Below are positions 1-10,590 of a stretch of DNA of 56,178 nucleotides, piece by piece. The notes beneath the pieces are model-generated. The model saw only the letters and a list, made by a program, of their open reading frames with translations, was not told the origin of the DNA and did not search any database. Made by a program: the position numbers and the translations under genes. Position 1 is the first letter of the stretch. Each line of letters begins with the position of its first letter. This DNA comes from an uncultured Fidelibacterota bacterium (GTDB lineage Bacteria; Fidelibacterota; Marinisomatia; Marinisomatales; UBA1611), in NCBI GenBank assembly GCA_902611135.1, contig CACLYL010000003.1:1-56178 (forward strand). Reading direction: 5' to 3'.

Positions 1-1798
1 TATCATTCCTCAGAGCTTCACCTTCTTTGGTTTGATATTCTTCTCTAAAATGTCCTCCACATGACTCTTCTCTATCAAGAGCATCATAAATCATTAATTC
101 ACCTAGCTCTATAAAGTCAGCCAGCCTTTCAGCTTTGGATAATTCTGGATTAAATGAATTCATAGATCCTAGCACTTTAACATCATTCCAAAATTCTTTT
201 TTGAGTTCAGATATTTGATCCAAGGACATTTTTAAATCTTTTTCATTTCTAGCCATTCCACAATTGTCCCATATGATTTTACCTAATTTTTTATGTAAGC
301 TTTCAACAGATTGTTTTCCATTGTTTTTTATTAGTCTTTTGCTGGTTTCCTTGACTTTGTTTTTAGTTTTTAAAAACTCGTCATGTTCTACTGAAACTAC
401 ATCATTGCTAATTTCTTTGGATAAATAATCTCCTATAGTATACGGCAGCACAAAGTATCCATCTGCTAAACCTTGCATTAATGCTGAAGCACCTAATCTA
501 TTAGCTCCATGATCAGAAAAGTTGCATTCTCCTATTGCATACAACCCAGGAATATTAGTCATTAAATTATAATCAACCCATAAACCTCCCATAGTGTAAT
601 GGATCGCTGGAAATATTCGCATGGGTGTTTTGTATGGATTTTCATCAGTGATTTTCTCATACATTGCAAACAAATTTCCATATTTAGCACTAATTACCCC
701 TTCTCCATGTTTCTTTAATGCCTTTTCAAAATCAAGGTATACAGCTAGACCAGATGGACCTACTCCATACCCTTCATCACACCTTTCTTTTGCTGCCCTA
801 GAAGCAACATCTCTTGGAACTAGGTTGCCAAAAGCAGGGTATCTTCTTTCAAGATAATAATCTCTTTCCTGTTCAGGAATTTGAGAAGGATCTCTATTAT
901 CTCCTTTCTTTTTTGGTACCCAAATTCGACCATCGTTTCTCAATGACTCAGACATCAAGGTTAACTTTGATTGATATTCTCCTGAAACAGGTATACATGT
1001 TGGATGTATCTGACAAAAGCTTGGATTTGCAAAATATGCTCCTTTTTTATGAGCCCTCCATGAGGCTGTAACATTACTTCCCATCGCATTTGTAGACAGG
1101 TAATAAACATTTCCATACCCTCCTGTAGCTAATACAACTGCGTGTGCAGAAAACCTGTGAAATGTTCCGCGGATCAAATCTTTGACAATGATGCCTCTAG
1201 CTTTTCCATCAATAGTTACGATGTCTACCATTTCATGTCTATTGAACATTTTTACATTCCCTTTCGATATTTGTCTACTTAAAGCACTATATGCACCAAG
1301 CAATAGTTGTTGACCCGTTTGACCTCTGGCATAAAACGTTCTAGATACTTGAACACCTCCGAATGACCTATTGTCAAGTGTTCCACCATATTCTCTAGCA
1401 AAGGGTACTCCTTGGGCTACACATTGATCAATTATATTTGTGCTTACTTCGGCTAATCTATGTACGTTTGCCTCTCTAGACCTGTAATCACCCCCCTTAA
1501 TAGTATCATAAAAGAGCCTGTAAACAGAATCTCCATCATTTTGGTAATTTTTTGCTGCATTAATTCCACCTTGGGCTGCGATTGAATGCGCTCTTCTAGG
1601 GCTATCCTGAAAACAAAAGACTTTAACTTTGTATCCCATTTCACCTAATGAAGCAGCAGCAGATGCTCCTGCAAGTCCTGTACCAACAACAATTATTTCT
1701 AATTTTAATTTATTTGCTGGACTAACTAGAGGAACAGAAGATTTATATCTCGTCCATTTTTCCGCTAATGGTCCTTCAGGTATTTTTGAGTCGAGCAT
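1..1798 (-). CDS. sdhA: Succinate dehydrogenase/fumarate reductase flavoprotein subunit (partial, runs off the left edge)
   Basis: Not in the ORF track because there is no stop in the window. Manual translation from ATG 1798 gives [15 protein letters not shown]...[15 protein letters not shown]...[24 protein letters not shown] (FAD-binding GxGxAG and covalent-FAD His motif). Lies directly after sdhC. Confidence 0.96.
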   Translation of the reverse strand, partial: MLDSKIPEGPLAEKWTRYKSSVPLVSPANKLKLEIIVVGTGLAGASAAASLGEMGYKVKVFCFQDSPRRAHSIAAQGGINAAKNYQNDGDSVYRLFYDTIKGGDYRSREANVHRLAEVSTNIIDQCVAQGVPFAREYGGTLDNRSFGGVQVSRTFYARGQTGQQLLLGAYSALSRQISKGNVKMFNRHEMVDIVTIDGKARGIIVKDLIRGTFHRFSAHAVVLATGGYGNVYYLSTNAMGSNVTASWRAHKKGAYFANPSFCQIHPTCIPVSGEYQSKLTLMSESLRNDGRIWVPKKKGDNRDPSQIPEQERDYYLERRYPAFGNLVPRDVASRAAKERCDEGYGVGPSGLAVYLDFEKALKKHGEGVISAKYGNLFAMYEKITDENPYKTPMRIFPAIHYTMGGLWVDYNLMTNIPGLYAIGECNFSDHGANRLGASALMQGLADGYFVLPYTIGDYLSKEISNDVVSVEHDEFLKTKNKVKETSKRLIKNNGKQSVESLHKKLGKIIWDNCGMARNEKDLKMSLDQISELKKEFWNDVKVLGSMNSFNPELSKAERLADFIELGELMIYDALDREESCGGHFREEYQTKEGEALRND

Positions 1799-1800
1799 TT

Positions 1801-2481
1801 TTATCCTGTTAAATAAATATAGATTGGTATGGTAGCAAAAATTGTGGGAATCAAAATAGAAACTCCGATACCAAGAACATTAAGAGATGAAGAGTATTTT
1901 CTTGTTTTCAAACCAATGGTTTGGAGCCCTGATTGAACACCATGGTATAGGTGAAGGCCTAGAAAGAACATACAAGTAACATAAAACGAAGTATACCATC
2001 CTTGTTTAAAGGATTGGGTGGTTATTTGATGCAAATCTTTAATTTTTGAGCCATCTTCTAGAACTTGATATGGCATCGCTCCAAAATGCATTTCATACCA
2101 AAAACTTCTCAAGTGAACAATTAGAAACAACAACAATATTATTCCCAAGAAAGTCATGTTCCTAGATGACCAAGTACTTGTTTTAGAATCTGATGAGCTA
2201 TAATATTTTACAGGCCTTGCTTTTCTGGAGAAAATAGCCAAATAAATTGTAAGAATAATATGAGATACTATAGAAAAATATGTTAATAATGAAAGAACAA
2301 ACACCGCAGGGTTTGTAGTCATAAATAAGGCATATTTATTGAACTGTGTTTTCCCTATATCACCGGGTATAAATAGTTGTAAGTTCCCTGCTAGATGGCC
2401 TAATAAAAACACCACTAAAAAAAGCCCTGACAACGAGGCCAAAACTTTTCTGAATATTGTAGAGGTTAAATATGTTTTCAA
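1801..2481 (-). CDS. sdhC: Succinate dehydrogenase cytochrome b subunit (b558 family, single 5-TM anchor)
   Basis: [19 protein letters not shown], several His heme ligands (HL, HI, HLYHG..S..QT.G), about 5 TM helices, adjacent to sdhA. TTG start. Confidence 0.92.
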   Translation of the reverse strand: MKTYLTSTIFRKVLASLSGLFLVVFLLGHLAGNLQLFIPGDIGKTQFNKYALFMTTNPAVFVLSLLTYFSIVSHIILTIYLAIFSRKARPVKYYSSSDSKTSTWSSRNMTFLGIILLLFLIVHLRSFWYEMHFGAMPYQVLEDGSKIKDLHQITTQSFKQGWYTSFYVTCMFFLGLHLYHGVQSGLQTIGLKTRKYSSSLNVLGIGVSILIPTIFATIPIYIYLTG

Positions 2482-2557
2482 ATTATTAAACTATGTTAAT
2501 TCGCTTTAAATTTACTGAATTTCCTTTAATGTCGCACGAAGATTAATAAGCTTTGGA

Positions 2558-3769
2558 TCATAATTTTTGAAGTTGCAGACTGAAAGGTCCTTTCTCAGCT
2601 ACAATTTTAAAGAATTTTTCAAATAATACCTCCTCGCCAAGCCCTCGTTTTTTTAATCCTAAAATTGCTAATTCCCCAAACCAACTATTCCAATATGAAT
2701 ATTTTTTGCCTTTTACGGTTAAAGCATTTCCATCTAAACTCAAGGAGGCATTATTAAATTTAATCCTATCTTCATAACTCCATGTGCTTGTTTCAGCTAG
2801 TATCTTTTTCCTAATAGAATCTTCGGTTAGAACACCTGTCCAAAATGCAACAGGTGCCATTTCGTAACCAAAAGGAGGACGGTCTGCTCCTCGGACCTCA
2901 ATAAATCTTTTTATTCTAACATTTGTAAAAATCTGATGTAAAGAGCTATTGATATCTTCATCCCTCAATTCTCCTCTTTTGTCGAGGTTAGTTAATCTAT
3001 CTAAAATAGTTCCTTCAGAGGCTTTAACTTTGCCTTCCCTGTCAACTTGAAAAATATTTGGTACTTTTAAAATATAGTCAATATAACTATCCAGAAGACG
3101 GCTTGAATCTCTTATCCCATGATCAATTAAATTTTTACATCTTCTATTATCTGTTTTTTCCCATATAATATTACGAAGATTGTCTTTTTTAGCTCTTTTA
3201 CCTTCTTTAAATGGGCTATTGGAAAAAAGAAATGCACAAACTGGGTTTAAACAGTCTGCTATGAACACCATCTCATTTAATTCACGCTCGCTTGTAAAAT
3301 CAAAGTTTATTTGAACACTTGCAGTGTTTCGCATCATCCACTTACCCATCGTTCCATTTTTTTTCATACTTTCATCCATTAAAGTATACTTTTTTTCATT
3401 TATTAATTCTACTTGTTCAGGAGAAAATTTTGGTTCAACGCCAAAACTGATAAGTTTCAGATTGTTTTTTGATAAGTGCTCCTCTAGTCTAAATTTGTGT
3501 ACTTTTTGATCTTCGCTTAACTCGATTAAACTTTTTCGAGCAGGACTTGACCATTCAACCTGGCCACCCGGCTCCAAGGAATAATATTCAAAGCTCTTTT
3601 TAAGATCTTTAACTAAATCAACTCCAGAAAAACTTTCTCCACTATTTACAGGCATCCTTTGCTCGTTCGTATTGTATACGATGACCTCTTCCTCCATACC
3701 AACTTTTTGATTTTTTGGAGAAACCATTGAAGAAAGGATGAAAGATTTAATTTTTGTTTTGATATTCAA
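2558..3769 (-). CDS. gshA: Glutamate--cysteine ligase (GCS2 family)
   Basis: Motifs VGMEEE, SLEPGGQVEWS, MMRNTASVQINFD, FSNSPF, IEVRGAD. Confidence 0.85.
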   Translation of the reverse strand: MNIKTKIKSFILSSMVSPKNQKVGMEEEVIVYNTNEQRMPVNSGESFSGVDLVKDLKKSFEYYSLEPGGQVEWSSPARKSLIELSEDQKVHKFRLEEHLSKNNLKLISFGVEPKFSPEQVELINEKKYTLMDESMKKNGTMGKWMMRNTASVQINFDFTSERELNEMVFIADCLNPVCAFLFSNSPFKEGKRAKKDNLRNIIWEKTDNRRCKNLIDHGIRDSSRLLDSYIDYILKVPNIFQVDREGKVKASEGTILDRLTNLDKRGELRDEDINSSLHQIFTNVRIKRFIEVRGADRPPFGYEMAPVAFWTGVLTEDSIRKKILAETSTWSYEDRIKFNNASLSLDGNALTVKGKKYSYWNSWFGELAILGLKKRGLGEEVLFEKFFKIVAEKGPFSLQLQKL

Positions 3770-3791
3770 AGAATTTATAAAAGTTTATAAA

Positions 3792-5270
3792 TTATCCAAT
3801 TCCCCAGATAATTATACTGCAAATTAACGATATAATAGGCAGGCCAATAAACATTCCTCCATTAATTTCATTCATTCTTTTTGGAGTATCTCCCATATCA
3901 TTGAATTTGAATTGAACCGTTTCTACCTTTCCAGATTCAACGTAAACTGTTTCAGCTCCATAAAGTTCATTGTTATTAACAATTGGATCGGCGCTTACGA
4001 ACTGAAGTGAGTTTTTTAAGGAAAGGTGGTTGTAGATTGCAGAAAAACCACTGACTTGATGCCATCCCGGCTCCACTTGAATAGGTTTATTTAACGGTGT
4101 ATCACCAACATATTTACTATCAACGTAAATAGGTATTCCGTCAATATTTGCATCTACCTTTATACCTCCGTAAAAGAAGTAAGAAAACCCAGGGTCAGTA
4201 ATTCTTTTAGGAAACGATTTTGGTACAGAATATTTATCTCTTTTATGAGGTTCATAGTAATCTAGATTTTCTGTTTCATCCGGGAAACTCCAATTGGGAT
4301 GATATCCGGAATATGTACTTTTATTTTGAGGAAATCTATCATTCAACCAATCATTACTCTGCCCAGTATTAAAGTCATTGTTTTGTTGCTCACTCTTTTC
4401 AAAAATTGAATCAGTTAGTAAGGAATTAGTGCTTTTATCATCCTCCTGATTCCACTTAACTCTTGTTTTTATAGAACCCAACAACCTATTAGTTGAAAAA
4501 TTATTAGGTTTAGACTTTTTAGATTCCACTTTTTCTTGATTTTCACTTTTCTTTTTTGGAATAATTTTATCTTTGAAAAAGGAGTATGTCCCCTCAAGAT
4601 TAGTATCTTCAACAATGAAATCACCTGTGTCTTGATTTACGTATAATTCCTTCCCTGCTACATGGTTTTCACGCTCAATTAAAGCTGAATTTGGGCTAGT
4701 TTCTTCACCTGGGTGATTCGTTGTATATAACTTATTGTGAAATTTAAATATTGAATTTGGGCCAAGTTCATCTCTCGCTTTATTAAATGCATTTTTAAAA
4801 TCAGTATTGTATTTCGGGAAAGTCGAATCATCAGCTTGATTAAATATAGATTGAGTTTTAGACCCATCGCTTGAAAAGGAATAGTGAACCTTATTATCCG
4901 TATGAATAAATAAGGCTGTATACGACAATTTTTTATAATTAATCACGTCATATCCCTTTACTGGCTTATCAACTAAAATCGCAATTTGAATTGATTCATC
5001 AAAATCATCAATAACAATTTGTTTTATGTCTTCAGCGTAAAAGTTTTTCGATATCTTAGTACTATTGGAAGCAACTCCTAAAAGTGTTATGTAAATCCAA
5101 CCCCTATCTGATTTCCAATCAACTATGTCACTATCTTTAATAGGCTTGCTGTAATCGATCCTCACCATAATGCCATTTCTTTTAATATTATAAGAAATAT
5201 CACTTAGGACAGATCCATTAACTTTACACAAAATTATAACTACAATACATTTTAAAAATGTAAGATTCAA
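3792..5270 (-). CDS. Exported hypothetical protein: AMIN-like N-terminus, low-complexity linker, PEGA-like domain, C-terminal TM anchor
   Basis: Signal-like N-terminus. GIKVDANIDGIPIYVDSKYVGDTPL...VEPGWHQV resembles PEGA. Hydrophobic C-terminus. GGAG SD before the TTG start. Confidence 0.6.
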   Translation of the reverse strand: MNLTFLKCIVVIILCKVNGSVLSDISYNIKRNGIMVRIDYSKPIKDSDIVDWKSDRGWIYITLLGVASNSTKISKNFYAEDIKQIVIDDFDESIQIAILVDKPVKGYDVINYKKLSYTALFIHTDNKVHYSFSSDGSKTQSIFNQADDSTFPKYNTDFKNAFNKARDELGPNSIFKFHNKLYTTNHPGEETSPNSALIERENHVAGKELYVNQDTGDFIVEDTNLEGTYSFFKDKIIPKKKSENQEKVESKKSKPNNFSTNRLLGSIKTRVKWNQEDDKSTNSLLTDSIFEKSEQQNNDFNTGQSNDWLNDRFPQNKSTYSGYHPNWSFPDETENLDYYEPHKRDKYSVPKSFPKRITDPGFSYFFYGGIKVDANIDGIPIYVDSKYVGDTPLNKPIQVEPGWHQVSGFSAIYNHLSLKNSLQFVSADPIVNNNELYGAETVYVESGKVETVQFKFNDMGDTPKRMNEINGGMFIGLPIISLICSIIIWGIG

Positions 5271-5444
5271 AGAGAACTCCGCATGAGTAGGTCTTAAATT
5301 ACCTTATGAATTTTAATTATTATTTTTATATTAAAGCAAGAGATAGATTAAACACCCTATCTTCATATATAGTTAAAGATATAAAATATCAAATCTTTAT
5401 TTATTTGAATTGAATAAAATTTATTGAATATATAAACTCGGATT

Positions 5445-6512
5445 ATGAAAAATCGACTAAAAAGGGTATTTTGTTTTTTAATCTTTTATTTCTTTATGGA
5501 TTTATATTCTGGAACAGTTTCTATTAAAACATATTATACTTTAACTAGTTTTGGCACGAAGACAAAAGAGCTAAAAAATTCTGTAATTATAACATATGAT
5601 GAAAATGAATTTTTAGTAGATAGCTCTGTTTACAGTCATGATATACCTTTAAGTGAGAAATATGTCTATGTTGTTGGCGCGAATGAAGGATTAAAGCTAA
5701 AAAGAGAATTTGGAAGAGAAAAAGTATTATCGTATCAATTTGAAAACGATAGTCTTGGTCGGAGAATTGAAACCACACTGGTGGGCCCTGGAGACTCTAT
5801 TTATTGGAAAGAATACATTAAATATGATATCAATGGAAATAAGGTAAAAAAGATAAGATACAACCCTGAAGAAGCGCTAAATCCAAAGATGATCCCAAGT
5901 GAAAAAAGGTATGGTGCTCTTATCTGGGGAGAAATATATGATTATGATAGCACTGGTCAAATTTTAGAAAAAAAAGAAATTTATGATAACTACATTCTAG
6001 AAATAACACGTTTCAAAATAGACTCTTTGAATCAGACAAAAAAGATTGATGAATATTTTGACCCCTCTGTAATAGTGAGAACAATATACTATCATGATGA
6101 AAATAATAGGTTAATGAAAGAAATATCTGTTGGGAAGTATGGAAATTCAATAGGTTCAAAGACTTATGAATATGATATTCTTGATAGAAAGGTAAAAATA
6201 ACTACTTATGATAATAATGGGTTAATGGAGGAAATTATAAAGTTTGTTTATGATAATAAAAACTCTAAAACATATAAAAGTTATGTAGATTCCTCATTGG
6301 AAATATTTTTAAAGAAGGAAACTTTATTTAATGGCGAAGGGAATCCCTATATTGAAGCTATAATTGATGGGAAAGATAGAGTTTTAGAAAAAAATGTCTT
6401 TTTTTATGATACTTTAGGGAGAACAAGTCAAGTTAAACAATATGATTTGTTTAGACATAATGAGTTTGATAATGTTCAGCTACCAATCAAGGTTAATATA
6501 TATGAATATTAA
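5445..6512 (+). CDS. Exported YD/RHS-like beta-repeat protein
   Basis: Repeated YD..G units (ITYDENE, KYDINGN, YDYDSTGQ, YEYDILDR, TYDNNGL, FYDTLGR) and a signal-like N-terminus. No RHS toxin tip. Confidence 0.65.
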   Translation: MKNRLKRVFCFLIFYFFMDLYSGTVSIKTYYTLTSFGTKTKELKNSVIITYDENEFLVDSSVYSHDIPLSEKYVYVVGANEGLKLKREFGREKVLSYQFENDSLGRRIETTLVGPGDSIYWKEYIKYDINGNKVKKIRYNPEEALNPKMIPSEKRYGALIWGEIYDYDSTGQILEKKEIYDNYILEITRFKIDSLNQTKKIDEYFDPSVIVRTIYYHDENNRLMKEISVGKYGNSIGSKTYEYDILDRKVKITTYDNNGLMEEIIKFVYDNKNSKTYKSYVDSSLEIFLKKETLFNGEGNPYIEAIIDGKDRVLEKNVFFYDTLGRTSQVKQYDLFRHNEFDNVQLPIKVNIYEY

Positions 6513-6560
6513 AAACAATTAACTTTATTTAAATTAATATTATTAAAATCAGAGAAAAAA

Positions 6561-7382
6561 ATGAAGAGCATTGATATAAAAAGTCTTATTATAGGGATAC
6601 TAGTTACTATACTTACGATTTCTGTTTTTGGATTTAAAGCAAAATCAGATGAGTTTGGGCATCTAGTAGTACGAAGCTTAACTATCGAAGATGATAGGGG
6701 CGTAATAATGGGTTATCTAGGCAATGGTTACATGCAAACATACAATCAATATGGAGAACCTACTCTCTTTATAGGGACAGGAAAGGATGGCGGTGGCTAC
6801 ATGAGAGCATTTAATGGAAATGGTGATGAATCAGCATATGTAGGCACTGGACGAATGGGCGGAGGATATATCAGAACTTATAATAATTCAAAAGAAGAAA
6901 CCTCTTATTTAGGGACAGGCTCTGATCATGCTGGGCAATTAAGGATATATAATAAGGAAGGTGAGACCTCATCTTATTTAGGAGAAGGATATTTACAAGC
7001 CTACAATCAATTTGGAGAAAGAACGCTATTTTTAGGCACGGGTTCTAGTGGTGGAGGGTACCTCAGAACATATAATTTTGATGGACAAGAAACCGTTTAT
7101 GTGGGAACCGGGGCTGATAGTTCTGGACAAATGAGAATCTATGACTCCGCAGGCGAGACAGGAACATTTATTGGGAGCGGTTATTTTAGAACATATAACC
7201 AATTTGGAAAAATGTCAACATTTTTAGGCAATGGAAGAGATGGCGGCGGCTATTTAAGAACAAATAATAAATTCGAGACAGAAACTGCATTTTTGGGTAC
7301 TAACAATTCAAATGAAGGTCTTGTCAATTTAAATGATAAGTTTGGCCAAAGTTTTTGGATACGATTAAATAAAGGAGATTAA
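6561..7382 (+). CDS. Membrane-anchored Gly-rich 18/23-aa tandem beta-repeat protein
   Basis: N-terminal hydrophobic helix followed by about 10 repeats of GY.RTYN..G.ET.YLGTG...GG. Confidence 0.7.
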   Translation: MKSIDIKSLIIGILVTILTISVFGFKAKSDEFGHLVVRSLTIEDDRGVIMGYLGNGYMQTYNQYGEPTLFIGTGKDGGGYMRAFNGNGDESAYVGTGRMGGGYIRTYNNSKEETSYLGTGSDHAGQLRIYNKEGETSSYLGEGYLQAYNQFGERTLFLGTGSSGGGYLRTYNFDGQETVYVGTGADSSGQMRIYDSAGETGTFIGSGYFRTYNQFGKMSTFLGNGRDGGGYLRTNNKFETETAFLGTNNSNEGLVNLNDKFGQSFWIRLNKGD

Positions 7383-7398
7383 TATTTTTTACATCCTT

Positions 7399-7427
7399 TT
7401 GACTTTATCAGCTCTTCTTGTTAATTT
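7399..7427 (+). promoter_or_regulatory. Putative sigma70 promoter TTGACT-N17-TAATTT with extended -10 TG
   Basis: TTGACT 7399-7404, TG 7419-7420, TAATTT 7422-7427, upstream of the CDS at 7517. Confidence 0.45.
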
Positions 7428-7516
7428 AGTGGTTAAAAGGTAACCGAGGAAAGGTTAGAAGTAGTTCTATCCGTAAATAATATCTTTTCAACTGTTCAGA
7501 AAAAGAGGAACTAACC

Positions 7517-10500
7517 ATGCGGAAAATATTGGTTTTTTTCATATACTTTTTATCACTTACTATGCCTCAAAATGAAGGCTTAGTTAAAACTTATTATCCT
7601 AACAATTTAGATCCGAAAAAGTTAGGTGCCATTGAAACAGAAGGCAATTTTTCAAATGGCGTTCGAAATGGTTTGTGGATGTTTTGGTATGATGGTGAAG
7701 CTTACAATGATTGGGGAGAAGATGATGATCCTTTAACTGACGATGAGGGCAATCTTAATGGGCAATGGGATTCTACTGAAGTAGTAACCATTGATTTAAA
7801 TGGGGACGGTTTTTTTTCAGAGCCAAATAAAAAAATGGAAGGTTCATATGTAAACGGCGACAGGGAAGGTGATTGGCTATTATATTACAATAATAAAGAT
7901 AATACCAAAAAAGAACAATCCTCCTACAAATCTGGAAAACTAGATGGACCTTTGACAAAATGGTTTGAAAATGGGAATAAAATTGAAGAGGGAAACTATG
8001 AAGAAGGTAGACAAAGTGGAATATGGACATGGTATTACGAAACTGGTATAAAAAAGGAAGAAACCCAATTCATTGATGGACAACAAGATGGTTTGTGGAC
8101 TCAATGGTTTCCAGATGGACAAAGAAAGTCTGAACGAACATTTACCAATGGAGAGAGAGATAGTAAATGGACCTCTTGGTACAAAAATGGAAATAAAAGA
8201 CTTGAAGCAAACTACAAAAATGGTAAACTGAGTGGCATGTGGACCTCTTGGTATGAAAATGGAATCATTAAGGAAAAGTCAGGAAACTATAAAGAGAATA
8301 AGCTAGAAGGACAATGGACATATTGGGCAGAGGATGGAAGAAAAACAAGTGAGACAACTTATAAAAACGGTAAAAAAAGTGGGCCTGTTAAAAATTGGAA
8401 CGCGGATAATACGAAAGTTTTAGACGGCTTTTATGAAAGTGGAGAAAAAGATGATACATGGACCTTCTGGTATGATGATGGTATTATGAAGGCTAAAGAA
8501 GGATATCAAAATGGAAAACGACATAACAAATGGATCTGGTGGGATCCTGAAGGCATTAAAATTAAGGAAGGTGAATACAAAAATGGAGTTAAACATGGTA
8601 CTTGGATTAATTGGAACAATTCTGAAGACAAATCTATTGAAGAGACATATTTAAATGGTAAAATAAATGGAATGGTTACCATTTGGTTTGATAATGGAAA
8701 TAAGGATCGAGAAGGCGTAATAAGAGTAAACGAGCCTGAAGGGAAATGGTCCTATTATTATCCTGACGGAGAACTTGATTTTATTTTTGACTATGGAACC
8801 GGACTTGAACGAGTTCGTATTTCAGAACTCGAAAATAGGGATGGAATATTCTACAAGATCGGTAAATATAAGCCCTATTCAGGAATGGTAATAGAAACTG
8901 GTGGTATAAAAGACTACTTGCTGTTAGGCAGATTTCAATCTGGAAAAAGGGATGGGCAATGGGTTCAGTGGTATCGAAATGGTCAAAAAGAAGTTGAAGG
9001 AATTTATTACAGAGGCAAAAAGCATGGAGAATGGACTCTATGGTATGAAGAAGGGAACTTAAAAGAACAGGGAACATTTGATATGGGTAAAATTGATGGT
9101 ATTTACAAGTACTGGTATCTAAATGGACACTTAAAAGTTGAACAATCATATCACAAAGGAAAAGAGCATGGAAGGTGGACTTGGTGGTATGAAAATGACC
9201 GCACCCTAACCTTCACCGATGGTGTTTGGTCGTACAATGGGAAAGAATACCAGGCAGAAAATGATGAAGAACTCTGGAATTGGTGGTGGTATTTAAATGA
9301 CAACAAGCAGAAGGAAGGCCACTATCTTGATGGTGAAAAGAATGGGATATGGACATGGTGGTATGATAGTGGTATAAAGCAATCTGAGGGAAGTTATGTT
9401 GATGATGAAATGGATGGGGCTTGGTTTTATTATAATCTTGATGGCTCTATTGCAGAAGAGAAGGGGTTTGCTGAAGGGCAATTAAATGGGAAAACAGCCA
9501 CATGGGTTACCCCCGAAGAAAAACAAAGCGAGAAATTTTACAAAAATGGTAAACTAGATGGCCCAAGTACTAATTGGGTTAATGGCTACCGAACCACAAT
9601 GACAAATTATAAATTAGATAACCCTGATGGTCCATGGGCGATTTGGTATCCAAAATCAGATCAAATTAAAGAAAAGGGTTATCATCAAGTAGGAATAAAA
9701 GAAGGATTAACAACATATTATTACAAAGATGGTACTATGCAAAGAGAAGGGTTTTTAAAGCAAGGTTCTCCAAATGGAATTTGGACATATTGGAATTCAA
9801 AAGGAGAGAAAGATTTTGAATTTGATTTTGGCGAAAATCTTGAACACATCATATTAAATCAACTAGTTGAGCGAGAATCAGTATTTTACAAACCAGGAGA
9901 GGATCGACCATTTACTGGTGTAATCACCGATGAGAATGCAGACGCCGGTTATTTGTTTTTAGGTAGGACAAATAAGGGTAAAAAAGACGGCCCCTGGATA
10001 AAATGGTCTCCTTCAGGAAAAAAAGTCCCTGAGATCCTTATAGTTGATGTACCAGTACCTGAACCAAAAAAACCATGGAGCGGTGGAAAAGAAGAGCAGG
10101 GAGGATACAAGAATGGTGAAAAACATGGTCTTTGGACTGAATGGTACGATAATGAAAATATTAAATCACGAGGGACTTATGACGAAGGAATAATGAACGG
10201 AAAATGGACTTTTTTCTATGAAAATGGAATAAAAGAAAAAGAAGGAAACCTTTTAAATGGGAAAGCTGATGGTTTGTGGGTATTTTACGATAAAAAAGCG
10301 AATAGAGTTCAAGAAGGGTCCTTTTCAAAAGGTTCAAAAGAAGGAAAATGGTCAGCATGGTTTGCAGATGGTAGACTTTCAGAGGGATACTATCTTAATG
10401 GGAAAAAAGATGCCACTTGGACTAGCTGGTGGGACAATCAAAAAAATCTAAAAGAAATGCAAGGTTCATATAAAAAAGGAAAAATGGTTAATAAGTGGTA

Positions 10501-10558
10501 CTTTTATGATCCGAGCGGTAATCTAAAAGAGATCCGATATTTCTCACCAAGTTTTTAA
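7517..10558 (+). CDS. Large exported MORN-variant (YwqK-like) repeat protein
   Basis: More than 30 ~24-aa repeats of EG.YKNGK..G.WT.WYENG.K, a signal peptide, and an AGAGGA SD. Confidence 0.85.
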   Translation: MRKILVFFIYFLSLTMPQNEGLVKTYYPNNLDPKKLGAIETEGNFSNGVRNGLWMFWYDGEAYNDWGEDDDPLTDDEGNLNGQWDSTEVVTIDLNGDGFFSEPNKKMEGSYVNGDREGDWLLYYNNKDNTKKEQSSYKSGKLDGPLTKWFENGNKIEEGNYEEGRQSGIWTWYYETGIKKEETQFIDGQQDGLWTQWFPDGQRKSERTFTNGERDSKWTSWYKNGNKRLEANYKNGKLSGMWTSWYENGIIKEKSGNYKENKLEGQWTYWAEDGRKTSETTYKNGKKSGPVKNWNADNTKVLDGFYESGEKDDTWTFWYDDGIMKAKEGYQNGKRHNKWIWWDPEGIKIKEGEYKNGVKHGTWINWNNSEDKSIEETYLNGKINGMVTIWFDNGNKDREGVIRVNEPEGKWSYYYPDGELDFIFDYGTGLERVRISELENRDGIFYKIGKYKPYSGMVIETGGIKDYLLLGRFQSGKRDGQWVQWYRNGQKEVEGIYYRGKKHGEWTLWYEEGNLKEQGTFDMGKIDGIYKYWYLNGHLKVEQSYHKGKEHGRWTWWYENDRTLTFTDGVWSYNGKEYQAENDEELWNWWWYLNDNKQKEGHYLDGEKNGIWTWWYDSGIKQSEGSYVDDEMDGAWFYYNLDGSIAEEKGFAEGQLNGKTATWVTPEEKQSEKFYKNGKLDGPSTNWVNGYRTTMTNYKLDNPDGPWAIWYPKSDQIKEKGYHQVGIKEGLTTYYYKDGTMQREGFLKQGSPNGIWTYWNSKGEKDFEFDFGENLEHIILNQLVERESVFYKPGEDRPFTGVITDENADAGYLFLGRTNKGKKDGPWIKWSPSGKKVPEILIVDVPVPEPKKPWSGGKEEQGGYKNGEKHGLWTEWYDNENIKSRGTYDEGIMNGKWTFFYENGIKEKEGNLLNGKADGLWVFYDKKANRVQEGSFSKGSKEGKWSAWFADGRLSEGYYLNGKKDATWTSWWDNQKNLKEMQGSYKKGKMVNKWYFYDPSGNLKEIRYFSPSF

Positions 10559-10590
10559 TAACAATAATAAATAATGCAGGAGCAATAACT

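Noticed and set aside
621-1835. Short ORFs listed at 621-1835
   Set aside because: They are shadow ORFs overlapping the sdhA reading frame that runs off the window edge.
5445-10558. RHS polymorphic toxin or YwqJK toxin-antitoxin system
   Set aside because: No RHS core/DPxG cleavage motif, toxin tip or small immunity gene is visible. The repeats alone do not imply toxin function.
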